Positions 45,713 to 56,419 of a DNA stretch of 64,000 bases are shown piece after piece. Below the pieces are notes generated by a model. The model was not told where the DNA came from and did no database searches. It was given only the letters and a program-made list of their open reading frames with translations. Within the stretch, counting starts at the first letter, position 1. Each line of letters begins with the position of its first letter. The stretch is taken from positions 372,001 through 436,000 of the IMG/VR virus record IMGVR_UViG_3300032770_000001, one strand, 5' to 3'. A program made the position numbers and the translations under genes.

Positions 45713-46384
45713 TTAGGTGATCGTCACCGTTGCGCTCGCGGTCAGCCCCAGAGGGTGCCCCGTCGCGTCGTAGCACGTCATGGTCAGCAGGATAGTGTGA
45801 GTCCACCCCGTGCCCTTGATGTAAATACCTGATCCAGCAGTAGTTATGCGACCGGAATCGAACGGCGGATCGATGCCGTTGTTTCCCGTAATCTCAATCT
45901 GAGCCACGTTGATGGTGTCCCAGATCAGGGTGACGGAATGTCCTGCCGTCGTGTTGCTGGGATTGGCTGCCAGAGCCGCCTGTGGCGGCAGGCTGCTGTC
46001 CCCGGTGGACTGATAGCTCGCGATCAAAGCGAAACCGGGCACAATCGGTGCCGCCGAGACGACGGCGATGACCTGCTGTACAAATGGGTCCGGGGTTGCC
46101 GTGCAACCAATGTAGTTGGCATCACCGACGTAAATAGCCGACAGGTTGTGGAAGCCGACTGTCAGGATGGTGAGATCGAGTTCTGCCGTGGAAATTGTGC
46201 TGGTCGGCGAGAGCGGCGTCAGGTTTACGGTCCCGAGCAGGTTGACGCCATCGAAGAAATTGACCGCGCCTGATGGCGGGGCAACGTTAAACGAAGACGC
46301 CGTGACCGTGACCGTCATCGCGATCTGTTGTTCGAACTGCGACGGCGACGGCGAAACGACGAGAGTGGCGGTTGTGGATACCAT
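45713..46384 (-). CDS. Ig-like (Big_3-type) domain virion protein
   Basis: PSGAVNFFDG..LLGTVNL...LTVGFHNLSAIYVGDANY. Confidence 0.75.
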   Translation of the reverse strand: MVSTTATLVVSPSPSQFEQQIAMTVTVTASSFNVAPPSGAVNFFDGVNLLGTVNLTPLSPTSTISTAELDLTILTVGFHNLSAIYVGDANYIGCTATPDPFVQQVIAVVSAAPIVPGFALIASYQSTGDSSLPPQAALAANPSNTTAGHSVTLIWDTINVAQIEITGNNGIDPPFDSGRITTAGSGIYIKGTGWTHTILLTMTCYDATGHPLGLTASATVTIT

Positions 46385-47005
46385 TTACTGTAACCCCGGC
46401 ACTTTCACGACGTACCAACCAACATTCGACGCGGCACCGACGAGTTCCTGCGTGTGCACCGTGAGGTTCTGAGTGTCAGCCGGATGCATGGCGATCACTG
46501 GACGAATCACGTACTTGCTCAAATCAAAGCCGTTGTTGTAGGTCTGTAAAGTCGAAATTGACGATTGAAACAAAGGGTCAATTGCAGCGTACAGGTTGTG
46601 GTGTAATCCGTCATCCACCATGAGCAGATACGCCGGAGGGATGCTCTGTGGAACATACGTGACCGAAAACGTCACGATACTGGAGACGTTAATGTTATCG
46701 ATAACCACCTGCCCACCGAGCAGCGTGTACGAGATGTGGTGCAGCGAGCCATTCATGTCCGCGTAATACACGTGAACGATACCGGGACGGGAGATAGTGC
46801 CAACCCACGCAACATTTTGAGCCAGAGAGAAAGCCGTGTTGCCGGGAACTGCCGATCCTCCGGTACTAATCATGTTGACCACGCGAAGCGATCCCGTCTC
46901 TGTGATGTAGAAAAACAGATCGGTACCGTTCAAGGTCGCATACGACTTGGAGATGAACTCCGACCCCGGCGTTACGATGAAGTATGTGTCAACAGGAATG
47001 CCCAC
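46385..47005 (-). CDS. Putative virion structural protein
   Basis: Beta-rich ORF in structural operon. Confidence 0.55.
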   Translation of the reverse strand: MGIPVDTYFIVTPGSEFISKSYATLNGTDLFFYITETGSLRVVNMISTGGSAVPGNTAFSLAQNVAWVGTISRPGIVHVYYADMNGSLHHISYTLLGGQVVIDNINVSSIVTFSVTYVPQSIPPAYLLMVDDGLHHNLYAAIDPLFQSSISTLQTYNNGFDLSKYVIRPVIAMHPADTQNLTVHTQELVGAASNVGWYVVKVPGLQ

Positions 47006-47014
47006 GGAGCCCCC

Positions 47015-50000
47015 TTAGATTCGGCGACCCCACTGGTAGTTGATCGAAACGTTGGTTCCAGTGATAGTCTGCACGCCGCCGTCCTGACCACCGTTCTGGA
47101 ACTGTGTGAAGCCGAAGAACGGGTGCACTTTGTAGCAACCCAGCGAAGCCCCAGCCGGAGCGTTCGTCGGGTTCTGCACGGCGTACCAGTCCCACCAGCC
47201 ATGAACCGCAGCACTCTCAAGGCTGCTGTACGGAGCCAGCAAGTTCGGACTCTGACTGTCTATGCTGATGTTCGCCACGTCGGTCGCGATACCAAGGCAG
47301 TTGGGATCGAACGAAGCTGCCGGAGCCGTGCCAACAGCGGCGAGGCTGTTACCCAGACGAGCCGCATCTATTGCTACCTGTGAGGCGTTGTAGTCAACCA
47401 GATAGAACGGGCCGAACTCAGTGATTGTGTTGCTGGTCGCGGAATTGCGCCCATGCTGCACAGTCACACGAAGATTCGTGATACCAGTTTGACGGGCAAA
47501 CGAGTACGCATAACCGTTATGGGCACGCCACAGCGGAGTGATTTGCGTGTAGCTAGTTCCGCCGTTGGTTGAAACTTCAAACTTCAAACCACGGCACAAA
47601 TTGCGATTCTGCAAGAATTTGTAAGTTGAACCCTCAGCAGGGTTGACTTGCGAACCGTAGCTGTAAAACACCAGATCAACGAAGTTGCAGGTTGTCTGCA
47701 ATACTGAAGTGCTGAGACGGAACGTGCTGACCGATGGCAAGCTGGAGTTCGTTGCCGTGATGTTCAAGCGGTAGTAACGGTACGAACCCGGTGTCGTCAC
47801 ATTATAGGCGTAGCCGCGTGACGCCGATACACCAGTGCGTGTATCCAGCGTAGTCCACGAGGAGTTATCATTCGAACCCTGCAACTGGAAATTCGTCGGC
47901 AGACCGCTGCTTGGGTTATCCGAAGTGTCATAAACGGTGCGGAAACCATAAGACAGAACTGTCTGAGCATTGCCGAGACCGAGATCGATTTCGAGCCATT
48001 GTGTCGGAGAGCCACTAGCCTGCCAGAACTCTTGCGGGTTATTCATGAAGGCTTTCCAGCTTGCGGTAGTCGTACCGCTTTGTGAACTGCTGGAAGCCGT
48101 GTAAGTGTTGGAGCCCACCGTCCATGAGTACGGGTTGCTGCCTGTGACGATGTTAACGTTCGCCGGAGCATAAGCATAGCTTCCGGTAGCGAATCCGTTC
48201 GGCGTCCATACCAGAACCAGCGGTGAGGCGTCGAAGCCTACGTTAGAGCCGTCCAATTTGTTCCACGAAGCCGACGTTGTCCAGCCCTTATAAGCTGTAG
48301 TCAACGACGCAGTGTTCGGCGTTGTGCTGGTCGGAGCAGTCCAAGTCGCACCACCCGGATCGGTGTCGATAAAGTACGGAGTGATGGCTTCTTCTTGAGC
48401 AATGGTGCGGCTATCAGTGTTGGTGAACGTCTGACCCGCGAATTGTGCCCACGAAGAGCGCAACTTACGAGCAAACTTGGTGTTGCCATAGCACATGTTC
48501 CACGTGTGGAACTCGCCGTTAGTCCATGAAGTCGAAGACAACGGGCCGAACTGTACAGCCAAACCATACGGCAGGTTGATCGTGCTGGTGTAGCCGCCAG
48601 CATACGCACCCACAGTGTAGGGGTTGCTCGAAGCGTCGGAGAAACTGTCCGCCATTACCCAATTGCCGCCCGAATATTTCCAGTAAGTTGGCAGGAATGC
48701 CATGCCCTGCCCAGCCGCACGACCATAGGTCGCGTTTGAGGGCAAACCATCCTGTCCACCACCAGCGCAGCGCAAGAACACCATGTAATTGTCGGTCAAC
48801 GAAACTGGGAACATCCACGCCCCACGGTCGAGGAACTGTCCGGAAACCGGAGTCAAATCCATCCAAGACCAATAATCTTGCTGAACGCTTTGAATCGATG
48901 GAGGATTGCTGCTGTAGCTGTTGCGTTGAATCAACGACAAGCTGGTCGGCGAACTCCAGTTAAACCCCGGAGGAGCCAAGTAAATTGGGCACGTAGCGTT
49001 GTTCGAGTGAATCGGCTGATGCGGGAAGAACGTGGTGCGGTCGGCGTTCGTCGCATAGTCACGTGCGTGCGTAATCGAGATCGGCTGCGTGGCCGGGTTG
49101 AACTGGCTCGGATTGAAGCTATCGTTCGCGAACAATGTGCTTGACGCGACAGCGGTCAACTGCGTATTGCTCAGCGAAGCCGTAGAGCCGGATACGTTGA
49201 GTGTAAAGACCGATGCGCAATGCCAGCTACCCTGAACCAACAGGATGTTTGGAGCCACGTCATGCATGAATGCGTTGATGTCGTAGAACCAAAAATCTGG
49301 GTTCTGGCTTGGTGAAGTCGCATTGGCACCGAAGTTCGTACCGTACTGAATCGGTGAAGAACCGTTGATCTTGGACGTGTTCCATGTCGCAGCGACCGGA
49401 TCGTATGCCTGCACTTGCCAGTTGACATTAGTGACTGCACCGAAAGCGTTCGATACAGTGTACGGGCCGCCGCCCGAAACGCTAACGTCCTCGCACAGAA
49501 TGTAGAGCTTGCCATCGCGAGGGGAAATCATCTCGCTCAATGAACGACCGTTATGACGCCCGGTGTTTCCACTGAAGGTGATCGAACCCCATGCGCCCGT
49601 ACCGATGAAGTAATTGACGACACCAATGCGAGCCGTAGCGACCAAGCCCGTCTGTGTAGTGCGCGGATCGGCTGTCATGGTGCCGTAAAGCGCCCACAGT
49701 TCGTAACAAGTCGCCGTACCTGTGTCGGAGGCGTTGGTGTAGTTGCCGACCGTTGTCGGGACTTGGAAGCTGCTTGTGGATAATCCGGTTGCCGACACCA
49801 CATAGGTGATGTTGTTAATTCCGGACTCCTGCGTGCCTGTGATGTTCACCACATCGCCAGCTTGGAAATTATTTGCTGCCGTCACAGTCAGAACGCCGCC
49901 AGTTGCGGAAGTCGCCGTGATCGGCCCGGTGATTGTGCGCGTCTTCAATGCGCCGTAAGCCTCGCCCACGTGCGCAACTGCTGGAGCATTGGTCGCGAAA

Positions 50001-51601
50001 CTGAATGAACCGGAGCCAGCCAGTTCGAGAACACCGTTGGTCTGCGTGAAATCGTAACGAGCCAGTTTGCCATCCTCAGAGAGGAAGAAGACCTGATATC
50101 CCAATACCTGCGTAGAGTTGCTGGTATAGTAAGTCGGCACAGTCGCAACACCTGCAATACGCATCGCGGTGGAGCCTGTCCACGTATCCGCAAGATCAAA
50201 GAACAAGAGCGGCACCATCGAAGACTTATTGCTCCAGATCGAGCATTTGGTGTCCATCACCAAGCCGTAATATTCTTCGTTGATGTTGAATGTCGCCGCC
50301 TGACGAACGCGGAAGTCCGGGTTATAAACTGCAATACCACCCGAAGTTTCTCCCTGTGCGGAGTAAACACTGTGCACCGTGTTGATGGTGAATTGGGTGC
50401 TGGTTGCAGTAGCCACAGTCCAAAGCTGACCATTGAGCCACGTGTTGTTGCCGTTGGTCAAACCCTGAATGAAGACAATCTGGTTTGTCGAGAACGTATT
50501 TTTCGCAGTGACCGTAACTACGGTGCCGGATGAGGCCACAGAAGTGATTGCCGCACCCACATCACGCCCACCTGCCCAAACATATTCCTGTTGATCGTTG
50601 ACGTAGGTATACGGGTTCTGAATATTCTGACTTGAAACTACGACGCCCGTGCCGAGTGTCTGACCATCTTCCTCATACGGATAAGCGAATGAGTTGAAGC
50701 CGTTGTCAAATACTTTTGCCAAATGGAACGATAGACCACGACTGTTCAGCTTGCGCACACCTGTGATCTGGAACAGTTCGCGGTAGTTGTCGCTCGCGGC
50801 TGAGTTAAGACCGCCGCTCTGACGCAGAGGATCGCTAGTCGCCGGGTATGTCTGGCCTAAAGTATTTGGAGTTTCCGCACCCGACCACGCTGGCAACTGA
50901 CCTGACACGCTGTTGTTGTCATTAAATCCCGTCATGCGGAGCGAAGGGCGATTCTCCATGAAAAACTTCAGGCTGCCGGAGCCAGTTGACTGTGAGCCCG
51001 TGCTTGCAATGTGGAAAATCATGTAGCTCGCAGGCATGTAGATCGAGCGTGTCAACGCCGAGGACATGTTAATGATCGAGTCTGTACCATCGGAGGGCGA
51101 AGAGTTCGAGTCTAGCCACTGATGAGCAATGTCCGCCGTCATCGGCCATGACGCTACACCATGCCCGTATACGGGTTCATAATCCGCAGATTCTCCATTT
51201 GGATCGTGGCTATAATCGGCATAGACAAGACCACCGACAAGACTCCCAATGTAGCCGTCACGAAAACCGCTCACAGCAGGCGGAACAGCGGTTCCCACGA
51301 ATGCCATTGTGCGAACGAAATATCCACCGTTCGGACGCCATGCCTGACCACTGGACGTACCATCACCGGAGCCCGTTGTCTGCATGTAGCAATCGCTGCT
51401 CGGCGAGGCTGGGTTTGTTGAAGCCTGAGGATTGATGCTTCCCCATGTACTCAGAAGATGGAAGTAACGTGCGGTCTGTCCGTTTACGTTGTCCGGAATG
51501 ATACCGAATTCTGAAGCGAATGCACTGGCATTGCGTGTGACCGGAGAAGTAGCAAGAAACTGCCAGTTTAGATCGGCGATTTGATATGGGTGAATTGCCA
51601 T
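47015..51601 (-). CDS. Large tail/receptor-binding protein with discoidin (F5/8 type C) domain
   Basis: QWLEIDLG...PTNFQLQGSNDNSSWTTLD...YRYYRLNIT; two FCCH-like barrels; S/T/G/N-rich. Confidence 0.75.
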   Translation of the reverse strand: MAIHPYQIADLNWQFLATSPVTRNASAFASEFGIIPDNVNGQTARYFHLLSTWGSINPQASTNPASPSSDCYMQTTGSGDGTSSGQAWRPNGGYFVRTMAFVGTAVPPAVSGFRDGYIGSLVGGLVYADYSHDPNGESADYEPVYGHGVASWPMTADIAHQWLDSNSSPSDGTDSIINMSSALTRSIYMPASYMIFHIASTGSQSTGSGSLKFFMENRPSLRMTGFNDNNSVSGQLPAWSGAETPNTLGQTYPATSDPLRQSGGLNSAASDNYRELFQITGVRKLNSRGLSFHLAKVFDNGFNSFAYPYEEDGQTLGTGVVVSSQNIQNPYTYVNDQQEYVWAGGRDVGAAITSVASSGTVVTVTAKNTFSTNQIVFIQGLTNGNNTWLNGQLWTVATATSTQFTINTVHSVYSAQGETSGGIAVYNPDFRVRQAATFNINEEYYGLVMDTKCSIWSNKSSMVPLLFFDLADTWTGSTAMRIAGVATVPTYYTSNSTQVLGYQVFFLSEDGKLARYDFTQTNGVLELAGSGSFSFATNAPAVAHVGEAYGALKTRTITGPITATSATGGVLTVTAANNFQAGDVVNITGTQESGINNITYVVSATGLSTSSFQVPTTVGNYTNASDTGTATCYELWALYGTMTADPRTTQTGLVATARIGVVNYFIGTGAWGSITFSGNTGRHNGRSLSEMISPRDGKLYILCEDVSVSGGGPYTVSNAFGAVTNVNWQVQAYDPVAATWNTSKINGSSPIQYGTNFGANATSPSQNPDFWFYDINAFMHDVAPNILLVQGSWHCASVFTLNVSGSTASLSNTQLTAVASSTLFANDSFNPSQFNPATQPISITHARDYATNADRTTFFPHQPIHSNNATCPIYLAPPGFNWSSPTSLSLIQRNSYSSNPPSIQSVQQDYWSWMDLTPVSGQFLDRGAWMFPVSLTDNYMVFLRCAGGGQDGLPSNATYGRAAGQGMAFLPTYWKYSGGNWVMADSFSDASSNPYTVGAYAGGYTSTINLPYGLAVQFGPLSSTSWTNGEFHTWNMCYGNTKFARKLRSSWAQFAGQTFTNTDSRTIAQEEAITPYFIDTDPGGATWTAPTSTTPNTASLTTAYKGWTTSASWNKLDGSNVGFDASPLVLVWTPNGFATGSYAYAPANVNIVTGSNPYSWTVGSNTYTASSSSQSGTTTASWKAFMNNPQEFWQASGSPTQWLEIDLGLGNAQTVLSYGFRTVYDTSDNPSSGLPTNFQLQGSNDNSSWTTLDTRTGVSASRGYAYNVTTPGSYRYYRLNITATNSSLPSVSTFRLSTSVLQTTCNFVDLVFYSYGSQVNPAEGSTYKFLQNRNLCRGLKFEVSTNGGTSYTQITPLWRAHNGYAYSFARQTGITNLRVTVQHGRNSATSNTITEFGPFYLVDYNASQVAIDAARLGNSLAAVGTAPAASFDPNCLGIATDVANISIDSQSPNLLAPYSSLESAAVHGWWDWYAVQNPTNAPAGASLGCYKVHPFFGFTQFQNGGQDGGVQTITGTNVSINYQWGRRI

Positions 51602-52212
51602 TATGCTACCCCAACGATGGACAGGAAGTAGGAGACCTGAAGAATGTCAGGTGTTCCCGAACCGCCGTTACGTCCATGAATTAAAATCGATGACGGCAGA
51701 ACCACGAGGGTCTGCGGAATAAAAATTGTCGGCTGTTGGTTAACCGCACCGAACTGTGCGTCCGGAATGTCTCCACCTGCGGACGATGACTGCCAACCTG
51801 TCAGACCGAGAGCTTTCAACTGAAAATCCAGCGGCAACTTTGTCCACTCGAAGAACAATTTGTGGCGTCCACCGACCGGAGTCAACGGTGCCGTGTAGGT
51901 CTGACGGGTCTGCCATTGCGGGTCGGCCCCAGTATCTACCGAGTTGTTTGCGGTTGCACAATACGGGGCATACGGATTGGTGCGATCAAATGTGAAGCCT
52001 GTCCAGTTCGTATAGCCTATAGGATCATCGGGAAGCAGGAAGCACCACGGCGCTCCACCGCCCTGCATCTGAGTGATGAAGATGTGCCCGTAAGCGCAGA
52101 GAACGTCATCCGAGATGGCGTTATCCTTAGACCACTCGGCGACCGTCTCACCTGTCTTGCCGGAGATGACCTTAAGCTGGACTTCGTTTTCGAATTTCAA
52201 TCCTTGATACAT
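51601..52212 (-). CDS. Putative tail/baseplate protein
   Basis: V.LKVI..KTGE...KDNAI N-terminus and DILQVSY C-terminus typical of fibre-attachment proteins. Confidence 0.5.
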   Translation of the reverse strand: MYQGLKFENEVQLKVISGKTGETVAEWSKDNAISDDVLCAYGHIFITQMQGGGAPWCFLLPDDPIGYTNWTGFTFDRTNPYAPYCATANNSVDTGADPQWQTRQTYTAPLTPVGGRHKLFFEWTKLPLDFQLKALGLTGWQSSSAGGDIPDAQFGAVNQQPTIFIPQTLVVLPSSILIHGRNGGSGTPDILQVSYFLSIVGVA

Positions 52213-53247
52213 TTAGTTCCCCATCCATGCTGGCAGAGCATTGCCGCCTGTCGCTAACTCTTGCGAGAGACTCAAAGTGATCTCATCCGCACCCGCTTCA
52301 TTTACAAAGGCTTGACGAACATCGAAGAAACTGAACGTGTTACCGTTGCCTGCTTCTAAAGAAGACTTCGAAAGTTGAATTGCATCATCTGGCCCCTCAT
52401 TCAGGAATGCCTCACGAGTATCGAAACCAGCGAATGCCACGCTGCTCGCATATTTCAGCGTAAGTGACTCATCCAAAAAGAGTTGAGTATTGGCGTGCTG
52501 CGTGTTTGAATCCACGGTAACGGTCGTCTGACCGGGGATTCCCTCGTTGTGGAGGACTGGATTCCATGGGTGCTGCGCGTTGACACCATCTCCCCACGTG
52601 ACAGAAAACTGGTAGCGCAGGCTGCCGACATTGCTGAACGGGAAGCTGAAGTACGGACGAACCGGAGAGCCGAGGAATGTGTTAATCGGAGTCCAGTCCT
52701 GAACAAGCACCCATGATCCGGTGTATGGGAACGGACGTGCATAGAAACGGAAGAGAACTGAAGCGGCATTCGGCGTCGGCTGCCACGGTTCCCACGTACT
52801 AAGCTCAGACACGGTGACCGAATAGGTGTTCGTGAATGCATCGAGGAAAAGACTTGGCTGCGGAAGCAATGGCGGATTGAAATAGTCGTCAACCACAGCG
52901 GTTGAAGATTGGCCTTCCTGTTTCGCCGTCAGTGAGTCCTGAAGCAACTGGAAATTGTAAGTGAATGGCGTCGGTGGATTCGGACCGCCGGAAACCTGCA
53001 CCGGGTTGACCTGTGTAGGAGGCCACGTTGCGGTATCAACCACGCGGCAAAACAAATGCGATAGATATTCGAACGTTAAAATGTACTGCGTGCCGCTGTA
53101 AACCTGAATTGATGGGCGTGCGCCCGGCCCGACAAAGTGCCAGACATCTGGGACACCCGGCTGCGTGCTGCTGACAGTCTGCGGCATCCGCGTGACGTAC
53201 ACGCTTCCGTTGATCTCTTTGCAAGCGAGAATGTAGGCGGCTGGCAT
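52213..53247 (-). CDS. Putative virion structural protein
   Basis: Coupled ORF in structural operon; repeated D.LTL motifs. Confidence 0.5.
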   Translation of the reverse strand: MPAAYILACKEINGSVYVTRMPQTVSSTQPGVPDVWHFVGPGARPSIQVYSGTQYILTFEYLSHLFCRVVDTATWPPTQVNPVQVSGGPNPPTPFTYNFQLLQDSLTAKQEGQSSTAVVDDYFNPPLLPQPSLFLDAFTNTYSVTVSELSTWEPWQPTPNAASVLFRFYARPFPYTGSWVLVQDWTPINTFLGSPVRPYFSFPFSNVGSLRYQFSVTWGDGVNAQHPWNPVLHNEGIPGQTTVTVDSNTQHANTQLFLDESLTLKYASSVAFAGFDTREAFLNEGPDDAIQLSKSSLEAGNGNTFSFFDVRQAFVNEAGADEITLSLSQELATGGNALPAWMGN

Positions 53248-53573
53248 TAGGTGTCCTCACCCGGCTCGATACCCGGCGTCAAGTCATACAACGGCGGATT
53301 GACGAGAGCAGTAAATGGCGGTTGTGGCATGTGATGCACCACTTGAATCACACCCTGAAGATTGAACGATTGCTGCATGAAAATCAGATAGCGATTGTTC
53401 ACTGAGTCGAATGACCACGACTGCACAACCTGTAAAGAACCATCGACGTAAATTTCCAGATCGCGCTGCGGATTGAAAACACCCAGCGGACCGTCCTGCA
53501 CGAACGGGCCGATGTACGGTGCCAGCGTGATCTGAAGTCGATTTGGATACGGGCCGTTGGTGATCGCCTGCAT
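53247..53573 (-). CDS. Putative virion structural protein
   Basis: TAATG-coupled; DLEIYVDG. Confidence 0.5.
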   Translation of the reverse strand: MQAITNGPYPNRLQITLAPYIGPFVQDGPLGVFNPQRDLEIYVDGSLQVVQSWSFDSVNNRYLIFMQQSFNLQGVIQVVHHMPQPPFTALVNPPLYDLTPGIEPGEDT

Positions 53574-54541
53574 TATTCTTCTTCCTCTTCTTCTGGTTCC
53601 TGCTTGTACGGCAGACCTTTGTGAAGATGCGGTTTGTGTTTCTTGTGCGCATCCTCGATCCGTTTCTGCTCACCCTCAAATAGATCGCCGATAGATTCTT
53701 CTTCCGTTTTCTGCGGAGCCTTCGGCTTGTACGCTTCGGGAAGCTCCATCCACGCTGGCTGCTTCTTCTCTTGAGGCGCAGTAGCGGGGGCTTCACGCTG
53801 CACCAGCGGCTCAGCCTGCTCTTCCAAATCTTTCTCATGGAGCATACGAGCTTCTTCTTTTTTGCGCAGAGCTTCGAGCAGCTTGTCCTGAATTTCCTTA
53901 TCCTTGACCTTCCGGATTTTCTCGATCTCCTGTTTCTTCTTCATCCGGTCTTGCTTCTTCTTCAACTCCTCCGGCGTCATGTCGCGCTCTTCCTTGTGAC
54001 GCTCAACCTCACGCTCGCGAAGAATCTTCACGATGTTGTGTTGCACTGAAGGCAGGATGCGTTCGAACACCGCGTGAATGTGTTTGCAGATGACGTAGTT
54101 GCCACGCAAATCGAGACGCTCGGTCGGCGGCGACAACTCCGGTCGTGGCGTACCCAGCAGCCCGTCACGCTGGTGGAGATTCCATTGGGCTCCCCAGTAC
54201 AGAAACGCGGGGCACGAGCAACTCACCTGCACATCGAGGTCTTTCGCCTGAGCCGACTCCTGCACCTTCGTAACATCGAATTGCACTCTAACATCGTGAC
54301 CGTTAGGGTCGCTGTCTTCCTTGCTGCACTTCACGTTATAGTGGAGGAAGAGAGCTTTGGGGTTCGAGTCGAGCAACTTCGGCTGGCAGCCGCCACGATA
54401 CTTTTTCGAGAAAGCGTTGGTCTGCCGGACGATGTCAGGCAGTGAAACTGCGGTCTTGACGGCCCGGTTCCCCACGCCATCGACCACGTCCACGGCGGCG
54501 GACAGTGGAATTGTCATTGTGACTGGGAGATTTCCGCTCAT
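53573..54541 (-). CDS. SWIM-type zinc-finger protein
   Basis: VSCSCPAFLYWG...ICKHIHAV; VKTA motif before the folded domain. Confidence 0.7.
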   Translation of the reverse strand: MSGNLPVTMTIPLSAAVDVVDGVGNRAVKTAVSLPDIVRQTNAFSKKYRGGCQPKLLDSNPKALFLHYNVKCSKEDSDPNGHDVRVQFDVTKVQESAQAKDLDVQVSCSCPAFLYWGAQWNLHQRDGLLGTPRPELSPPTERLDLRGNYVICKHIHAVFERILPSVQHNIVKILREREVERHKEERDMTPEELKKKQDRMKKKQEIEKIRKVKDKEIQDKLLEALRKKEEARMLHEKDLEEQAEPLVQREAPATAPQEKKQPAWMELPEAYKPKAPQKTEEESIGDLFEGEQKRIEDAHKKHKPHLHKGLPYKQEPEEEEEE

Positions 54542-54575
54542 GAACGCAATAAACCCTCACTGAAGAATCAGAAAG

Positions 54576-54911
54576 TCACCATCTCAGAGGACTGGGATTT
54601 CCTTCCCCGTAAAACACTATGCGGAAAGACTTTAGGCTGACAACCACGCCCAGTTCCCACAGTTGACGGGCAACCAGATGCTTCAGGTAGCGGCGGAATT
54701 GGCTGATCGTCATGCTGTCCTTCATCTGGTTGCAGTACAGGCAGGCAGGGAGCAGATTGGACATGGCATTGGTTCCGCCCCGGCTTTCAGGCAGGGAGTG
54801 ATCGACGGTCAAGTCCATCAGGTCTTGTGGTTTCCAGCCACAATACCAACAACGACCGCCGCATTTGCGAACGGTTTTCCACCACTGGGTCTTACGGGTT
54901 GTGCGCGGCAC
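54576..54911 (-). CDS. HNH endonuclease
   Basis: CWYCG...TVDHSLPESRGGTN..SNLLPACLYCNQMK. Confidence 0.9.
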   Translation of the reverse strand: MPRTTRKTQWWKTVRKCGGRCWYCGWKPQDLMDLTVDHSLPESRGGTNAMSNLLPACLYCNQMKDSMTISQFRRYLKHLVARQLWELGVVVSLKSFRIVFYGEGNPSPLRW

Positions 54912-54913
54912 GA

Positions 54914-55390
54914 TTAGACTGTCTTATCAACGATGGGCTCAGGGATTTCTACTTTGAGCGGCGGACGCTTGGACTCTTGGTCTTTCAGAGCGAGAGCCTC
55001 TTTAAGGCGCGGAGGGAAGTTCTCCTCCCCCTCGATAACGGTAGGTACGGCCTTCTTGCGTTTCTGTTCAAGTTCCTCTTTAGTCGGCTTGATCGCTTCC
55101 TTCTTCGGCTCCGGCTTAAGATCGGGCTTGAGCTTCGGCAATGAACGCTTCAACATATCAATTACGGCAGGTGCCGGAGGAGCCGGGATCGTCTGCTCGT
55201 AGATGAAACCGTTCTTGATGAGGGCAGCCATGCCCAAAGAAGTCTGCTGGAGGGTTTTAACGATCTCGCCAGCCCGATATACCGTCAAACGGTGACTCGC
55301 GAGTTCATGGACCAGAACGTCCCCGGAATTGACCCGGAAATTGAACTCGACGAAGTTGATCGGCGATTTAGCTATGTAGCTCTTTTGCAT
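54914..55390 (-). CDS. Hypothetical protein
   Basis: GGGAG RBS; P/K/E-rich tail. Confidence 0.6.
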   Translation of the reverse strand: MQKSYIAKSPINFVEFNFRVNSGDVLVHELASHRLTVYRAGEIVKTLQQTSLGMAALIKNGFIYEQTIPAPPAPAVIDMLKRSLPKLKPDLKPEPKKEAIKPTKEELEQKRKKAVPTVIEGEENFPPRLKEALALKDQESKRPPLKVEIPEPIVDKTV

Positions 55391-55865
55391 CTACAAGGCT
55401 CCCTTCTATGTAATACTCTGGATTTTCCGCATGAAATTGCAAATATTGCACCAACCCCAGTAACTTGGAGACACTGTCATTTACATGCCCTAAAGCTATG
55501 TTGCACCCTCCACATAAAACCCCTCGCTTTTTACCCGTTTTGTGATTGTGATCGGAGTGACCCCCACCGCTGGGAAGTTCCTTACCGCAGCCGGGATTCG
55601 CGCAACGGTAGTCCTGCGCCTTTAATTGTTTCTCACGGTCCGCCTGCTTTCTTTTCGTTTGTTGCCGCGATACTTCTCGTTGCTTCCCTAATATCACTTC
55701 TTTATTGGCTTCATAGTAATTGCGTGCCGCTTCTGAATCATGAACACGAGGTTGTCCCTGACCGCAGAGACGACAGCGAGAATACACTTTACCGTGGTCT
55801 CGAACCTCAACCATGTTTTCAGGGGTTAAAGGATGAAGTCTGTTAGAGCACAATTCAACGGACAT
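55368..55865 (-). CDS. Endonuclease VII-like homing endonuclease
   Basis: HSDHNHKTGKKRGVLCGGCNIALG. Confidence 0.85.
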   Translation of the reverse strand: MSVELCSNRLHPLTPENMVEVRDHGKVYSRCRLCGQGQPRVHDSEAARNYYEANKEVILGKQREVSRQQTKRKQADREKQLKAQDYRCANPGCGKELPSGGGHSDHNHKTGKKRGVLCGGCNIALGHVNDSVSKLLGLVQYLQFHAENPEYYIEGSLVDAKELHS

Positions 55866-55912
55866 TTTCTTTTACGGGAAGGCTCCTATAAAAGAAAATG
55901 ATATTGGGAGAA

Positions 55913-56419
55913 TTACTGAGAAACTTCCTCTTCGTAATGCACGTGCCAAGGCTCCCAGTAGATGAGAGCCGCCAATTCGTACAGGAACTTGCGCTGTCCG
56001 GGCAGAATGTAGTCGTAGGCTTCTTCTTTTAGCTTGAACCAGCTAGCCCGGTCGATTTCCGGGATCGTAAGCATCTTGCCGGAGCCCGCTGGATATTCGA
56101 TCTCACACGTGTTGCTCTTGAGCCTAGATACCTCCCATTCGCCTTCAAAGGCGAATACAGAGACCTTTTTAGTCTTGGACTGCTGGTGGGTACCCAGAAA
56201 CTTCGGAGCCACTACAGACGGCGTAAAGCCCAATTCTTCCTCGAACTCGCGCATGGCGGCACCGAGGATTTCTTCCCCGTCCTCGACTTTGCCTTTGGGG
56301 ATCGACCACCAGCCTTTGTCGCGGTGCTGCCAGTACGGTCCGCCGGGGTGCACGAGGAGCACCTGCGTGCTATAAGCAGGACGCCAGCGATACATCAACA
56401 AACCTGCGGAGTGATCCAT
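55913..56419 (-). CDS. NUDIX hydrolase
   Basis: HPGGPYW; Nudix box PKGKVEDGEEILGAAMREFEEELG. Confidence 0.9.
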   Translation of the reverse strand: MDHSAGLLMYRWRPAYSTQVLLVHPGGPYWQHRDKGWWSIPKGKVEDGEEILGAAMREFEEELGFTPSVVAPKFLGTHQQSKTKKVSVFAFEGEWEVSRLKSNTCEIEYPAGSGKMLTIPEIDRASWFKLKEEAYDYILPGQRKFLYELAALIYWEPWHVHYEEEVSQ

